In this document: positions 1-12,003 of the stretch, piece after piece
Numbering within the stretch: the first letter of the stretch is position 1
Layout of the letters: the number at the start of each line of letters is the position of its first letter
Origin: Octopus sinensis
Taxonomy: Eukaryota
Direction: 5' to 3'
NCBI RefSeq assembly: GCF_006345805.1
Contig: NC_043017.1
Location: forward strand, 11,036,001 to 11,100,000
Length of the DNA: 64,000 nt
Program-made: the position numbers and the translations under genes
Notes under the pieces: generated by a model
Told to the model about the DNA's origin: nothing
Databases searched by the model: none
The model's input: the letters and a program-made list of their open reading frames with translations, nothing else

Positions 1-192
1 TTTTTTCTCTGAAAATTCCTACTTTTTACGATTTTTTTACTGTTGTGTTGCCAATTTTTCGGTGTATTTCAACCAGAAAAATGTTCACTTAAAGAGAATA
101 ACAAGCTACATAATACAAAATTTTTACTTTTCAAAAATTCCAATTCTAAAGAAAAGAAAACAAGCCTGAGCAACGCTGGGCTATACTGCTAG
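1..192 (+). mobile_element. 3' end of non-autonomous Helitron (runs off window start)
   Basis: Ends CCTGAGCAACGCTGGG hairpin remnant, then CTATACTG-CTAG followed by T; body homologous to the copy at 31993-32386. Confidence 0.8.
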
Positions 193-741
193 TATATACA
201 TATATATATATATATATATTTATGAGTAACAAAGAGAGACAGGTGTCAAGTCATGACAGCCATTTCTAATGACTCCTTTAATTGATTAATGAGAACATTA
301 CATCATTGCAAAGAAACCCTTTTTGTCAGTTGAATTTACACCTAACTACACACAGAATATGAGAACAAACTGCCTTGATTTTTACTTATAAATCTTTATT
401 CCCAAACTTTTGACTTGGAATTTTTACTCAGAGGTTAAAAAAATTATGATGGATCTAAACTTAGAGGACCAAACTGAACCCGTGAAGCCAAGCAACTCTT
501 TAGCCTGGGGTGTATAATAGAAGACATTTGCCCAATGTGCCTAACAGTAGAACTGAACCCAAAACCACAGGTTCGAGAAACCAACCTCTTAACCACACAG
601 CCACTCCCATGAAATCAACCAAACCAATAACAACTTCCAATTCAATTTAGCAGTGATGTTGGATAAGGTTTTCCAGCTCAATAGACTGAAGTTAATCAAT
701 AACAAAAACTATGTTTAATGGACAGTTTTATTTAATGTTTG

Positions 742-778
<37 letters not shown>

Positions 779-1372
779 CATTATCAGGTGAATCTATTAT
801 CCTGTAGCTAAATAAGGTGATTGGTACTCTAAGTCAGGTGTATGTATACCTGGAAATTTGAACTACATATTTTCTTTTTACTTGTTCCAGTCACTGGACT
901 GTGGCCATGCTGGGGCACCTCCTTGAAAGGATTTTCATTGAACAACCCTTCATCCGTACATTTGTTTCATATAAGCTTGATATTTATTCTATCCATCTCT
1001 TTTTGCTGAACTGCCAAATTACAGGGACATAAACAAACCAACAACGGTTGTCAGGTGATGGTAGAGGTCCAATACAAAATCACACACATAGACATTCTTT
1101 TATGTGTTTCAGCGCAACATCTGTGGCCATGCTGTGATACCACCAGTGTTAGCATCTTTTCACTGGCCCTTCTTTTGTGATTGGCTTTTTTGAAATTGCT
1201 GACCCTTTTTTGAAATTCTTGCTATGTTATCAGTTTCTCTGGGACCATGGATGGCAGAGGGTCAAGCTGTTTCTTGGAAACCTCTACCCCTACACACAAA
1301 CACACACACACCTGTAAAAGTAAAAGAAAGAATACTACAAACATCATGAAACATGTAAAATATATAATATTT

Positions 1373-1944
1373 CAAGGTCTGATCAAAATGTATCAGGATG
1401 GTTGCCATGGTAACAGATCTAAAGTACACAGAGTGAAGTCAGATGGCACAGATTGACCTTGAACTTTGTCAAGCACGGACACTATGCTGTAACATTCTCG
1501 CTTGTGTAGTTTACATCACAGTGCTTCGAAGTAAAGCAAGAAGAGCGTGGTTGCCTTAAAAAAGAAGATCAGGTTTCAGCTGCACAGGATCTCCTTGTGT
1601 TGAGAAGATGTTAACCTTTTTGAAACATAGCCATAGCAGGTAATGAATCAGAGGTCTATGGCTATGATCCCAAAATCAAGACTCAGTCTTCTCAGTGGAA
1701 GACCCCAACAAGATTTCAAGATTTCAAAGAAACCCAAGAGAATGCAACAAGGCAGCTGCTTGCTATTCCAGAAAAAAAAAAGGGGCTCCAGGGATGCTTC
1801 CATCAATGGAAACGATGCTGGACAGGGTATCTGTGGTTTCAGAAGGGGATTCGTTCAAAGGAGATTGAATGCCGAATTGATACATGTCGTATAGTTTTCT
1901 TTATATAACATCAGTCCCCTGATATTTTTTTTTATCGGACATCA
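1373..1944 (+). mobile_element. Internally deleted mariner transposon remnant
   Basis: Imperfect TIRs (CAAGGTCTGATCAAAATGTATCAGG / CCTGATATTTTTTTTTATCGGACATCA-TA). Translation IAGNESEVYGYDPKIKTQSSQWKTP (first catalytic-D region) is joined directly to C-terminal RFQDFKETQENATRQLLAIP. Confidence 0.85.
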
Positions 1945-1990
1945 TAAATAAAAAAACAAATCCAAAGTTTGTGGATAAGTTCCAACTCAC

Positions 1991-2128
1991 GTGTAATGTC
2001 CAGGGGAAATATTATATGAGGGGAAGAAGGTTTTTCCATTCTGAGCATTTTTCCAAACCGGTTTTTGGAAGGTTCCATTGCTGTCTTTAAATGCACATCC
2101 TTTGCAGATAGCATCGGGATCCAGAGCA
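1991..2128 (-). CDS. Internal coding exon (138 nt) of an unidentified host gene; preferred frame ALDPDAICKGCAFKDSNGTFQKPVWKNAQNGKTFFPSYNISPGHYT
   Basis: Minus strand reads ttttttatctttctAG|exon|GTGAGT; length divisible by 3; non-repetitive; two frames open, the preferred one has CxxC and N-glycosylation sequons NGT and NIS. Confidence 0.65.
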
Positions 2129-2214
2129 CTAGAAAGATAAAAAAAACAACAAATAAAAAACAATAATTTCAAGAGCAGATGAAAATAAAACGAAACTTTC
2201 AGAATCAAGTGTTT

Positions 2215-2435
2215 CTGTTTCCCTTTCTACTGGAAGCACAACGCCTCAAATTTTGAGGAAAGAGATTAAGTCGATTAGATTGACCCCAGTGCATAACTGG
2301 TACTAATTTTATTGACCCTGAAAGGATAAAAGGCAAAGTCAACCTTGGCAGAATTTGAACTCAGAACGTAGCAATGGGTGAAACACCGCTAAGCATTTTG
2401 CCAGGTGTGCTAACGATTCTGCCAGCTCACTGCTC
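2215..2435 (-). mobile_element. SINE, Meta-domain-like family (family C)
   Basis: Reverse strand has GAGCTGGCAGAATCGTTAGC head, GAGTTCAAATTC B-box-like motif and the GCCTTT-ATCCTTTC-GGGTC-ATAAAAT-AGTACCAG domain. Confidence 0.8.
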
Positions 2436-2880
2436 TTCTGTTGAATAAAATCAATATATGGATTGTAGTCTGGTACTTATTCTATCAGTCTGTTTTGCAA
2501 AACCATTAAGTTACAGGGACATAAACAAACCAACTCCAATTTTTAAGGCAGGGTCAAAGGGGACAAACACACAGCATATATTTACACATGTATATATATG
2601 CACACTCACACGCACACACACACACACGCAATAAGTTTCCACACAGTTTCCATCTATGAAATCCATTCATAATGGCATTAGTCAACCTGGGGTTATAAAG
2701 CTGAAGACACTTGCCAACGTACAATGCAGCATGATTGAACCTGAAACCACGGGGGTTGCAAAGTGAGCTTCTTAACCACACAGCCATGCTTGCACCTAAA
2801 TAAATGTGCACCCCCAACGCCAGGAATTGAACCTGGCCTACCTGTGTGAAAGCCAGGAATCCTATCCACAAGACCACATT

Positions 2881-3252
2881 ACTCTCTTTTTACTTGATTC
2901 GGTCATTTGACTGCAGCCATGCTGGAGCACCGCCTTTAATCGAGCAACTCGACCCTGGCACTTATTCTTTTCTAAGCCCAGTACTTATTCTATCGGTCTC
3001 TTTTGCCGAACCACTAAGTAACGGGGACATAAACACACCAGCATCGGTTGTCAAGCAATGCTAGGGGGACAAACACAGACACACAAACACACACACACGC
3101 ATATATATATATATATATATATACGACGGGCTTCTTTCAGTTTCCGTCTACCTAATCCACTCACAAGGCATTGGTCGGCCCGAGGCTATAGTAGAAGACA
3201 CTTGCCCAAGGTGCCACGCAGTGGGACTGAACCCAGAACCATGTTGTTGGTA
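2881..3252 (-). mobile_element. tRNA-derived CORE-like SINE with central (TA)n(TG)n (family A)
   Basis: GGTTCAGTCCCAC B-box, CACCTTGGGCAAGT CORE-like motif, GAATAAGTAC and GGTGCTCCAGCATGGC tail; near-identical to many other copies. Confidence 0.9.
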
Positions 3253-4161
3253 TCAATAAATAAGAAATAAAAGGCAAAGTTGACACCCATCACATCCCTG
3301 ACCTACCCAGTGGAATTTGAACATAAGACTTAAAGACATCTAGCTGTAAACCACTTGTCACTCGTCCACCATTCTACCAATTATGTTTTCCAACGGCCTT
3401 GTTTTCTTAATCATATTAAAATAACATATGTTCCATTTTAAAATTTAAAAAAAAAACATTTTATTTTATTTTTTTTTTTTTTCCTCTTCTGAACTGTGTA
3501 TTCCATGGGAAAATGTTGTTGGAGAAAATTGTTATTAAAAAAAATACTTTGCCTTCCTCAAAAATATAACAAATTTTTGAAATTATTTTTGCAATTGGTC
3601 ATAAAATGAAATTATTCACAACTTGACATGGTGATAACCACATGGTTTCAAAACAGGAAAAAAGAAAAGTGAGTGTGTATGTGTGTATATTTACTCTTTT
3701 TTTACTCATTTCAGCTATGTAGGTGTGGTCATGCTGGAGCACACACACACACATTATATATAATAATAATGATAATAATAATAATAGAAATAATAGAGGA
3801 TAAAACTTTTTTTTTAAATTTTATCAGGACTTAATTTTGTTTAGGCCTGGTACTTATTTTATCAATCTCTTTTGAAGAAATGCTAAGTTATGGGGACATA
3901 AACACACTAACACCGGTTGTCAAGTGGTGGTGGTGGTGGTGGTGGGGACAAACACAGACACACCCATACACCCCTACCCACCCATACACCCCTACCAACC
4001 CATATATACACATACACAACAGGATCCCTTTGGTTTCCTTTTACCAAATTCACCTGAGGCCTCAAGCCTAAGACACTTGCCTAAGGTGCCATGCAGTGGG
4101 ACTGAACCTGGAACCATGTGGCTGAGAAGTAAATTTCTTACCACACACCATGCTTGTTTAC

Positions 4162-4195
<34 letters not shown>

Positions 4196-4204
4196 TTTTC
4201 TTTT

Positions 4205-4602
4205 TTTCTTTTACTTGTTTCAGTCATTTGACTGCGGCCATGCTGGAGCACCGCCTTTAGTCGAGCAAATCGACCCTGGGACTTATTCTTTGTAAGCCCA
4301 GTACTTATTCTATCGGTCTCTTTTGCCAAACCGCTAAGTGACGGGGACGTAAACACACCAGCATTGGTTGTCAAGCAATGCTAGGGGGACAAACACAGAC
4401 ACACACACATACACACACACACACACACACACATATATACGACAGGCTTCTTTCAGTTTCCGTCTACCAAATCCACTCACAAGGCATTGGTCGGCCCGGG
4501 GCTATAGCAGAAGACACTTGCCCAAGATGCCACGCAGTGGGACTGAACCCGGAACCATGTGGTTGGTTAGCAAGCTACTTACCACACAGCCAATCCTGCG
4601 CC
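4205..4602 (-). mobile_element. Family A SINE, full length, next to an older copy (about 3690-4155)
   Basis: Complete from GGCGCAGGA head to ACAAGTAAAAG tail; 5' end abuts (TA)n. Confidence 0.9.
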
Positions 4603-4609
4603 TATATAT

Positions 4610-4651
<42 letters not shown>

Positions 4652-5559
4652 CACACACTCACACTGTTCTAGTGAAGTTGTTAGTGTATGTGCGTGAGTG
4701 AATATATGAGAGAGAGAGAGGAGGGGATGCAATAGAATAAGTACCAGATTTTAAAAAAAGATAAGCACTGGGACTGATCTATTAGACTAAAACCCTTGAA
4801 AGCAGAGCCCCAGTATGGCCACAGTCCAATGACTGAAACAAAAAAAAATTTTTTTTTTAAAAAAGGAAATTTATAAAGAAAATAGTATATACATATATAT
4901 ACACACACACATATGCTCATACATTAAATAAATTAAGGAATATTGTTAGTGGATGTGAATATAAGACAAGTTATCTAGACATACATACACACACTATTAC
5001 GTCAAAGGACAGATATAATCTTTGTGTGTGTGTGTGTGTGTGTTTGTACGTCAGACAAGTTACTTATAGATTGTTAAGTTGGTCTTAGCTAAGCAAGAAC
5101 TCGTATGATATTAACCTGTTACCTCACAAGAACCAGGCCTTCACAGTAAATTTCAAAGAGTTTTGTGAAATAAATTCTTCTTATTAACCTATATTGAAAT
5201 CACCTTTCACCATTTACCTGTTTCAGTCAATGGACTGTGGCCACGTTAGAGCACTTCTTTAAAGGGTTTTAGTTTCTAGTCAAACAAATCAACCCTAATA
5301 CTTATTTTATTAGTCAGTTTTGCTGAACTACTGAGTCACGGGATGCAAACAAACCAACACCTTACATCATCATCCATCAAATGTTTTGAGATGCATGTAA
5401 CACACTGCCCATGTGGCCTGATATTTCCATGCATGTAGCTCAGCGCTCACCATCCATGTAGCCTGATGTTTGCTGCCCATGTAGCTCAACACTTGCCACC
5501 CATTCCTATCAAAGTCACCTTCCTCAACGGATCTTGTCTTGTAAATGCTTTGTGACCAC

Positions 5560-5742
5560 ACCCGCACTGGTGCCACATAGAAAGCACCCAGTACATTCTG
5601 TAAAGTGGTTGGTGTTGGGAAGGGCATCCAGCTGTAGAAAACCATACCAAAGCAGAGGCTGGAGCATGGTACAGCTCTCTGACTCAGCAGTCTATGTTCA
5701 ACTATGTAATTCATGTCCGTATGGAAAAAAGGGGCATTAAAT
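5560..5742 (+). mobile_element. Degenerate RTE 3'UTR-type element (family B)
   Basis: GGTGCCACATAGAAAGCACC, GGAAGGGCATCCAGCTGTAGAAA and degenerate terminal stem-loop. Confidence 0.75.
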
Positions 5743-5744
5743 GC

Positions 5745-5975
5745 GTTTCTTTATTACCCACAAGGGGCTAAACATAGAGGGGACAAACAAAGACAGACAA
5801 ACGGATTAAGTCGATTACATCAACCCCAGTGCGTAACTGGTACTTAATTTATCGACCCTGAAAGGATGAAAGGCAAAGTCGACCTCAGCGGAATTTGAAC
5901 TCAGAACGTAACGGCAGACGAAATACGGCTACACATTTCGCCTGGTGTGCTAACGGTTCCACCAGCTCGCCGCCT
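5745..5975 (-). mobile_element. Family C SINE, full length
   Basis: GGCGGCGAGCTGG head through Meta-like domain to CCCCTTGTGGGTAATAAAGAAA tail. Confidence 0.9.
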
Positions 5976-6448
5976 TTCTGCCAGGACAAATTTAATATAA
6001 CTTCATTGAGTGGACATGCTCGAGTGACTTCACGGATCCGGTATGTTTTCAGTGACAGGATATGCCCCAGTGATTTGGTCATCATTTGCTGCTTTCTTAT
6101 ACCCACATGCAACACAATAAATGAAAGGGAGCATTATTGAAACACAGTGTTTAACAGACTACAGCATAATATAAACAGCCATTTTCCCATGCTTGCTTGC
6201 AGGAGTGCAAGGGGATGGGGAGAGGTTTTTTGTTAAAGCAAAAGGTTTTTTTTACAGCTGAATGCTCATCCAAACATTCACCAACTCACTGCTTAATGAT
6301 AGAATAAGGAGTGATGCCTGTATTTTTGTTCATTCAGGCAAACTGGAGCAAGCAGAACAAGGTGCCTTGCCCAGACACATAAGCAACTGGTACAGTCGGG
6401 AGATTTGAATATATGGCTGTTATATAACTGAACCTGAATTGTTTTTTG

Positions 6449-6660
6449 ACTTAAAATATTACTACAACACAATTTTCCCACAACAGGCCCTGCTCTATTT
6501 AACATTATCCCAAAACAAATCAATGAAGAAAAAGACTCCCTCACCTTCAAACAATACCTGGACAAATTTCTTCACTGGATACCTACCAGACAAGCTACCC
6601 ATACATCTTAGTCAACAATAACTCCCTACTTGTATAGGCCATCATACCACAAAACTCAAA
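6449..6660 (+). mobile_element. CR1/L2-group LINE 3' fragment
   Basis: Translates NFPTTGPALFNIIPKQINEEKDSLTFKQYLDKFLHWIP, matching the GPxLFNxLP...FKxxLDKFL ORF2 C-terminal pattern. Confidence 0.75.
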
Positions 6661-6686
6661 TTAACCCTTTAGTATTTAAACTTAGT

Positions 6687-7007
6687 GAAAAATGGGGTGG
6701 GGTGTAGTGAAAGCCTCGGAAATTTCAACCCCACACCCCATTGATCTTTTCAGCATCTATTTTTCAATGTATGTGGAAAAATATAGAGATTAAGAATATG
6801 GAAAACTTTTTTTTTAATCTCAAATTTATCATGAAAAACTTCAGGCAAATTTTTAGATAACACTCACACAATTTTCACTAAAAAAAAAAAAAAAAATCGG
6901 ATTTTTTGCATGGTATCAACTACCCTGGCCTCCTAATATGCTACAAAACCCTTTTTGTAGTCCGAAAAAAGGGGTGGGGTGTGGTGGAAGCCTCGGAAAT
7001 TTTACCC
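6687..7007. repeat. Pair of ~45-bp G-rich direct repeats; probable unclassified DNA-transposon remnant
   Basis: GAAAAATGGGGTGGGGTGTAGTGAAAGCCTCGGAAATTT at 6687 recurs at 6964. Confidence 0.55.
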
Positions 7008-8167
7008 ATTTATAAAGTGTAATTCACTACCTCTTTGTTTCTTAGTGGTTAAATAAATGGATTCTCAACAAAACACTTTTTCTTCAGTGTAAAATAAAAA
7101 CAAAACTCTTTCGTGCCCAAAGTAATGTGTGTGTGTGGAGGGGGGGGGGAGAAAGATGAATGATTTAAAATAAATAAATAAGTGATTTAAAATAAATATA
7201 TTTTAATTATTGTGTGAGAAAGTATATATAATCTGATTATAAAATATAGTGTCTTTCAAAAACATCCTAAATTTGAATACTATATCTCATGTAACATTTT
7301 ACATTTTTATTTTGGGTGAACGCTGACACTTACCCTATCTCCCTCACACACTTTTTCTTTACCCTTTTTTGTTAGACGCAGTCAAACTCTCTCTCTCTTC
7401 CTCACACACACACATCAACACACAACTTCCCTCCCTCACACACACACACACACACATCCTGCCTTTTATAGCTATACAGATGTTTGTGGAGTGCTCAGCC
7501 ACTTACACTTTAATTTCACAAGCTGGCTATTCCAGTGATCGGATCAACTAGAGAACACTCATCGTAACCAACAGAATGCCAGTTGTGTTATATATATTGA
7601 CCTCACCTGCACTGGTGCCACAGAAAAAGCACTCAGTTCACTCTGTAGAGTGGTCGGTGTGAGGAAGGGCATCCAGCCACAAGAGACCATGCCAAAACAG
7701 ACAACTAAGCACAGTGCAGTCTTCTGCCAAGCCAACTTCTTCTGCCAAACTGTCCAACCCATGCCAGCATGGAAAGCAGACATTAAATAATGATGATTAT
7801 GATAATACACACACACACACACCAATTACTAAGTTAATAAAAAATACTGAACACATGAACTACATAATACTTAAGTGGATAAAGTAGCACAGAGTTGATA
7901 ATTAAGTAGATAGCTGAGAGAGAGAGAGAGTTTGGGACTAGATCTAGATGGACAGATAAGGTAGGTCAGAAATTAGATAAAGGGAGATGTAAAGGATGGG
8001 GGGGCGGGTACTAAAATGTAATAATAATGCGATTCTGATCTGTTGAACTCCACTGTCATCTTTTTAGAGAAAAAAAGCCATTAGTGTTGGTTTATAAAAT
8101 TGTAATGGTTTCCAGACTATTAACCACATTTTTTGAAGATGAAATATTGTTTCAATATTTACATCTA

Positions 8168-8547
8168 TCTCTATATAAACGGCAGTTTGTCTGTTTGCGT
8201 GTCTGTGTGTCTGTTAGGTTGTACCCTCACCCTGACCACGGCTTTCAACTGATTCTGATGAAACTTGACACACACATAGCCCAATGCCATAATTCAAAAC
8301 TAACGCAGCGAAAATTTTGAAAAGTTCCCTCAGTTCTGAAAAAAATCGATAAATTCGACATGGGATCGAGAATCAGAAACACAAACCACAGACTGTCTAG
8401 GGGACGCAACTCGACCTTTTTAACTCCCCAAAAAAATTTACCATCATTTTTTTCCCATTTTTTTGCTATTTTTTGGCTATAACTCTCTAAAAATGCTTTA
8501 TAGTTATTTCCCTTACAAACCCGAGCAACGCCGGGCGATACTGCTAG
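8168..8547 (+). mobile_element. Non-autonomous Helitron
   Basis: A|TCTCTATATAAA 5' end, CCCGAGCAACGCCGGG subterminal hairpin, CTAG|T 3' end, no TSD. Confidence 0.88.
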
Positions 8548-8669
8548 TCTATAATACAAGGTGATATAGCTGCAGGCATGGCTGTGTGGTAAGAACCACA
8601 TGGGTTTGGGTTCAATCCCATTGTGTGACACCCTGGGCAAGTGTCACTTATTATAGCCCTGGACCAACC

Positions 8670-8955
8670 AAAGTGCCGCCGGACTGGCTCCTGTGCAGGT
8701 GGCATGTAGAAAACACCTTTGAGTGTGTTCATTGCCAGTACCGCCTGACTGGCCCTTGTGCACTTGGCACGTTAAAGCACCCACTAGACTCTCAGAGTGG
8801 TTGGCATTAGGAAGGGCATCCAGCTGTAGAAACTTTGCCAGATCAGATTGGAGCCTGGTGCAGCCATCTGGCTCACCAGTCCTCAGTCAAACTGTCCAAC
8901 CCATGCCAGCATGGAAAGCAGACATTAATTGACGACAATGATGATGATGATGATT
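8670..8955 (+). mobile_element. Family B RTE 3'UTR-type element with (GAT)n tail
   Basis: Repeated GTGCxxGTGGCA-GT-AAA-CACC units, GGAAGGGCATCC, CCATGCCAGCATGG stem-loop and (GAT)n tail. Confidence 0.85.
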
Positions 8956-9009
8956 TACTTTATGTAAGTTGGGTCAATTAAGTTAAATCTCTAAAGATTT
9001 ATATTTAAA

Positions 9010-9487
9010 CTAGCAGTATCGCCTGGCGTTGCTCGGGTTTGTAAGGGAAATAACTATATAAGCATTTTTAGAGAGTTACTTCCCTTATAGATGCCAATTC
9101 GGGCTTTCTTAGCCATTTCTGTTTTGGTGTCTTCAAGCCATGAAGTCGTTGTTCTAAAAGAACGCTGGTCTCCTTGACAACGCTTTACGACGTTGATTTC
9201 CTTACACTCCCTTCCCCACAGGTGCAGGTGTGACCATGGACGCCAACTCCGCTGCCATCGACACACGAAAAATTATGCATTAAAATGGAATAAAAAATGA
9301 TGTTAAATTATTTTTTAAATCGTAGACTCATCGTAGATGTGCGCTAATACTCAGACGGGCTCGATATGAATCACGACTATAAGATACCCGAATTTGGTTA
9401 AACTGCACCGCAAAATGTGGGAGTAGTTAGGAATCTAAATCGAAGGGGACAGACACTCACACAACTACAGTTTTATATATATATAGA
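9010..9487 (-). mobile_element. Non-autonomous Helitron
   Basis: Reverse strand starts TCTATATATA and ends CCCGAGCAACGCCAGG...CTAG|T; last ~75 bp shared with 8168-8547. Confidence 0.88.
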
Positions 9488-9619
9488 TATTCATCATCTG
9501 AAAGTCCCCATTTTGTTTTACTTGCATACATATAGACATATTTTGTATTTCATATCCTGTTATATTTTAATGACTAATTTGTTTATCTGCATAATTGCCT
9601 CAACTTGATCCCTCTTATG

Positions 9620-9975
9620 TATCATCATCATCATCATCATCGTTTAACGTCCGTTTTCCATGCTAGCATGGGTTGGACGGTTCAACTGGGGTCTGGGAAG
9701 CCAGAAGGCTGCGCTAGGCCCAGTCTGATCTGGCAGTGTTTCTACAGCTGGATGTCCTTCCTAACGCCAACCACTCCGTGAGTGTAGTGGGTGCTTTTTA
9801 CGTGCCACCAGCACAGGTGTCAGACGAGGCTGGCAAACGGCCACAAATCCGCCGAAACTACACCTGATTATATATAGACTTTAGATGAGTTGTAGTGCAC
9901 CTGAGCACTGTACACAATTATTATTATTATTATTATTATTATTATCGGATGGTGCTTTTTACGTGCCACCAGCAC
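9620..9975 (-). mobile_element. Family B element interrupted by a ~100-bp (ATT)n-tailed retroposon 3' end (9845-9943)
   Basis: Family sequence GGCCAC-GATCGGATGG is split by an insert ending in a TAGTGC/GCACTG stem-loop plus (ATT)n. Confidence 0.8.
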
Positions 9976-10310
9976 ATATGTATATGTGTATACACATGGT
10001 GAGCTTCTTTCAGTTTCTGTCTATCGAATCCACTCACAAGATTATGGTGAACCTGGCAGCTCTACAGTGCCATGACCTCATTGTGGGCACCAAAGGTGGC
10101 AAGGTGGGGGTCATCACATCAGGACTATTATTGGGGTCAAGATTGGTTTCGCTGAAACAACTTGTTGACCTTGACAGGAATTGAGTAAAAGTCTGTAAAA
10201 AGCCAAAAGAAATCCTGTATGGCATTTTGCCCAGCATTAACACATCTGCCAGTGCACCACCTGGTTTGCATAATTGGATGCCCTTTCCATCAGCAACCAC
10301 TTCAGAGTAT

Positions 10311-10750
10311 CATCATCATCATTGTTCGACCGTGGTCGAGACAATGGAATTTACCATGCTACGCCAGACTTCACGGTCCATCATGGCATTACAGAGGTCC
10401 TGTTGCTGGATGCCTGTATCCCTGGAGATTACATCAGGGTAGGAGAGTGTGCGCCCTCTGGTATTGCGAGTAGATGGCTTCCAGAGGAGAAGAGTAGAGT
10501 AGAAATTACTTCTTTTTCAGCTCTACAACAATGTCCAGCAAACTGAACTCTCCTACCTTTCACAAGAGATGACACAGGTGGTAGTTTCCCATATATTTGC
10601 ATTTTGGTTGGATGGCGCTTCCACGAGAGTTTTTGAGCTCTCATAAGGAGGCTGGTGTAGGTTCCATCCAACCGCCTCTCAAGCTTCTTTGATAATGTCC
10701 AGGTTTCTGAGCCATATAGCAGAATTGGTTCGACTGTGGCTTTGAATATT
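10311..10750 (-). mobile_element. 5'-truncated RTE-clade LINE, ORF C-terminus with (TGA)n tail
   Basis: FKATVEPILLYGSETWTLSKKLERRLDGTYTSLL...RRVQFAGHC, then after a frameshift ...MMDREVWRSMVNSIVSTTVEQ* and tail. Confidence 0.9.
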
Positions 10751-11393
10751 TCAGAGTAAAGACTGGCTGTTATTTCCGCAAACCATTTGAATAAATAATG
10801 ACATATGTATCCAGTATCTAACACAGAGACTCTAAGCAAATTATAATGAATAACAGGACTGTGTGGTCTTATTTACTATATTTTTTTTATATTGCTAAAA
10901 ACTAAATTAGCATATAAATACAAATACAGCAATGATAAATAAAAAACTAAAATGGAGGGAAAAAAAGAAAAAAATGTGCAAAACTCTAATCATCTTTTGA
11001 GTGATGTTATCTTGTTGAGGCTGTTAAAAATATTATTGAGTTCCGTATAAGAAGCAATCTAAAACCAAAATCAGTCTGAATAGTTTCATTTGGTTAATCC
11101 ATTTGATATGAAGTTGGTTGGAACTAATAAAAAGGGAAGGATGATGGTCTACGGATCATGTTTTTGTTGTTGCTTTGAAAATATGAAAGAGAGAGAGAAA
11201 ATGAAAAAGAAGAGGAAGAAATCAAAAAAAAAAGGAAAAGAAGAAAAAGCAGAAAGTAAGAATAAAAGAATACAAACAGAAATATTGAAGAAGGAAGAAG
11301 TAGAAAAAGAAGGAAGAAGAGGAAAAGAAGAGGAAGAACTGAAGAAAGACAGAAAGAAAGAATAAAATCCAGTACTTGGCTGGTTATTTAAAA

Positions 11394-11676
11394 CCCTTTG
11401 GCATCTGATCCAGCAATATCTGGCCCAAATAGTCTCCCTGTTTTATGTTGAAACTGGCCAGATCTGGCCTTTCATACCTACCCTACAATGCCATTCTAAA
11501 AATATACAATAGGTGCAGGAGTGGCTGTGTGGTAAGTAGCTTGCTTACCAACCACATGGTTCCGGGTTCAGTCCCACTGCGTGGCATCTTGGGCAAGTGT
11601 CTTCTGCTATAGCCCTGGGCCGACCAATGCCTTGTGAGTGGATTTGGTAGACGGAAACTGAAAGAAGCCTGTCGTA

Positions 11677-11709
<33 letters not shown>

Positions 11710-12003
11710 GCGTGTGTGTGTTTGTGTGTCTGTGTTTGTCCCCCTAGCATTGCTTGACAACCGATGCTGGTGTGTTTACGTCCCCGTCACTTAGCGGTTC
11801 GGCAAAAAGAGACCGATAGAATAAGTACTGGGCTTACAAAGAATAAGTCCCGGGGTTGAGTTGCTCGAAACAAGTAAAAGAAAAAAAAAAAAAAGAAAAT
11901 ATACAATCACATCATGAAAATCTCAAAGCTCTGAGATAATTCATGACTAAATGAAAACAAGGAGAATGAATTAGGTTTTGACAATTTGAATGCTAAACGA
12001 TTA
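11394..12003 (+). mobile_element. piggyBac-like MITE split by a family A SINE (11511-11895) with 12-bp TSD AAAATATACAAT
   Basis: Flanks are homologous to the intact MITE at 20415-20625; TSD at 11499-11510 and 11896-11907. Confidence 0.8.

Noticed and set aside
1150-1311. Possible next minus-strand exon after the acceptor cttttacAG at 1312-1313
   Set aside because: Joining to the 138-nt exon gives a stop within a few codons through a (GT)n tract; no support beyond the acceptor
3058-3270. Recurrent small ORFs (MLGGQTQTH..., MSSNARGTNTD..., MALGRASSCRN...) resembling a peptide gene family
   Set aside because: Incidental frames within SINE family A and family B copies
11090-11365. Lys/Glu-rich 91-aa ORF
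   Set aside because: Low-complexity purine tract with no splice signals
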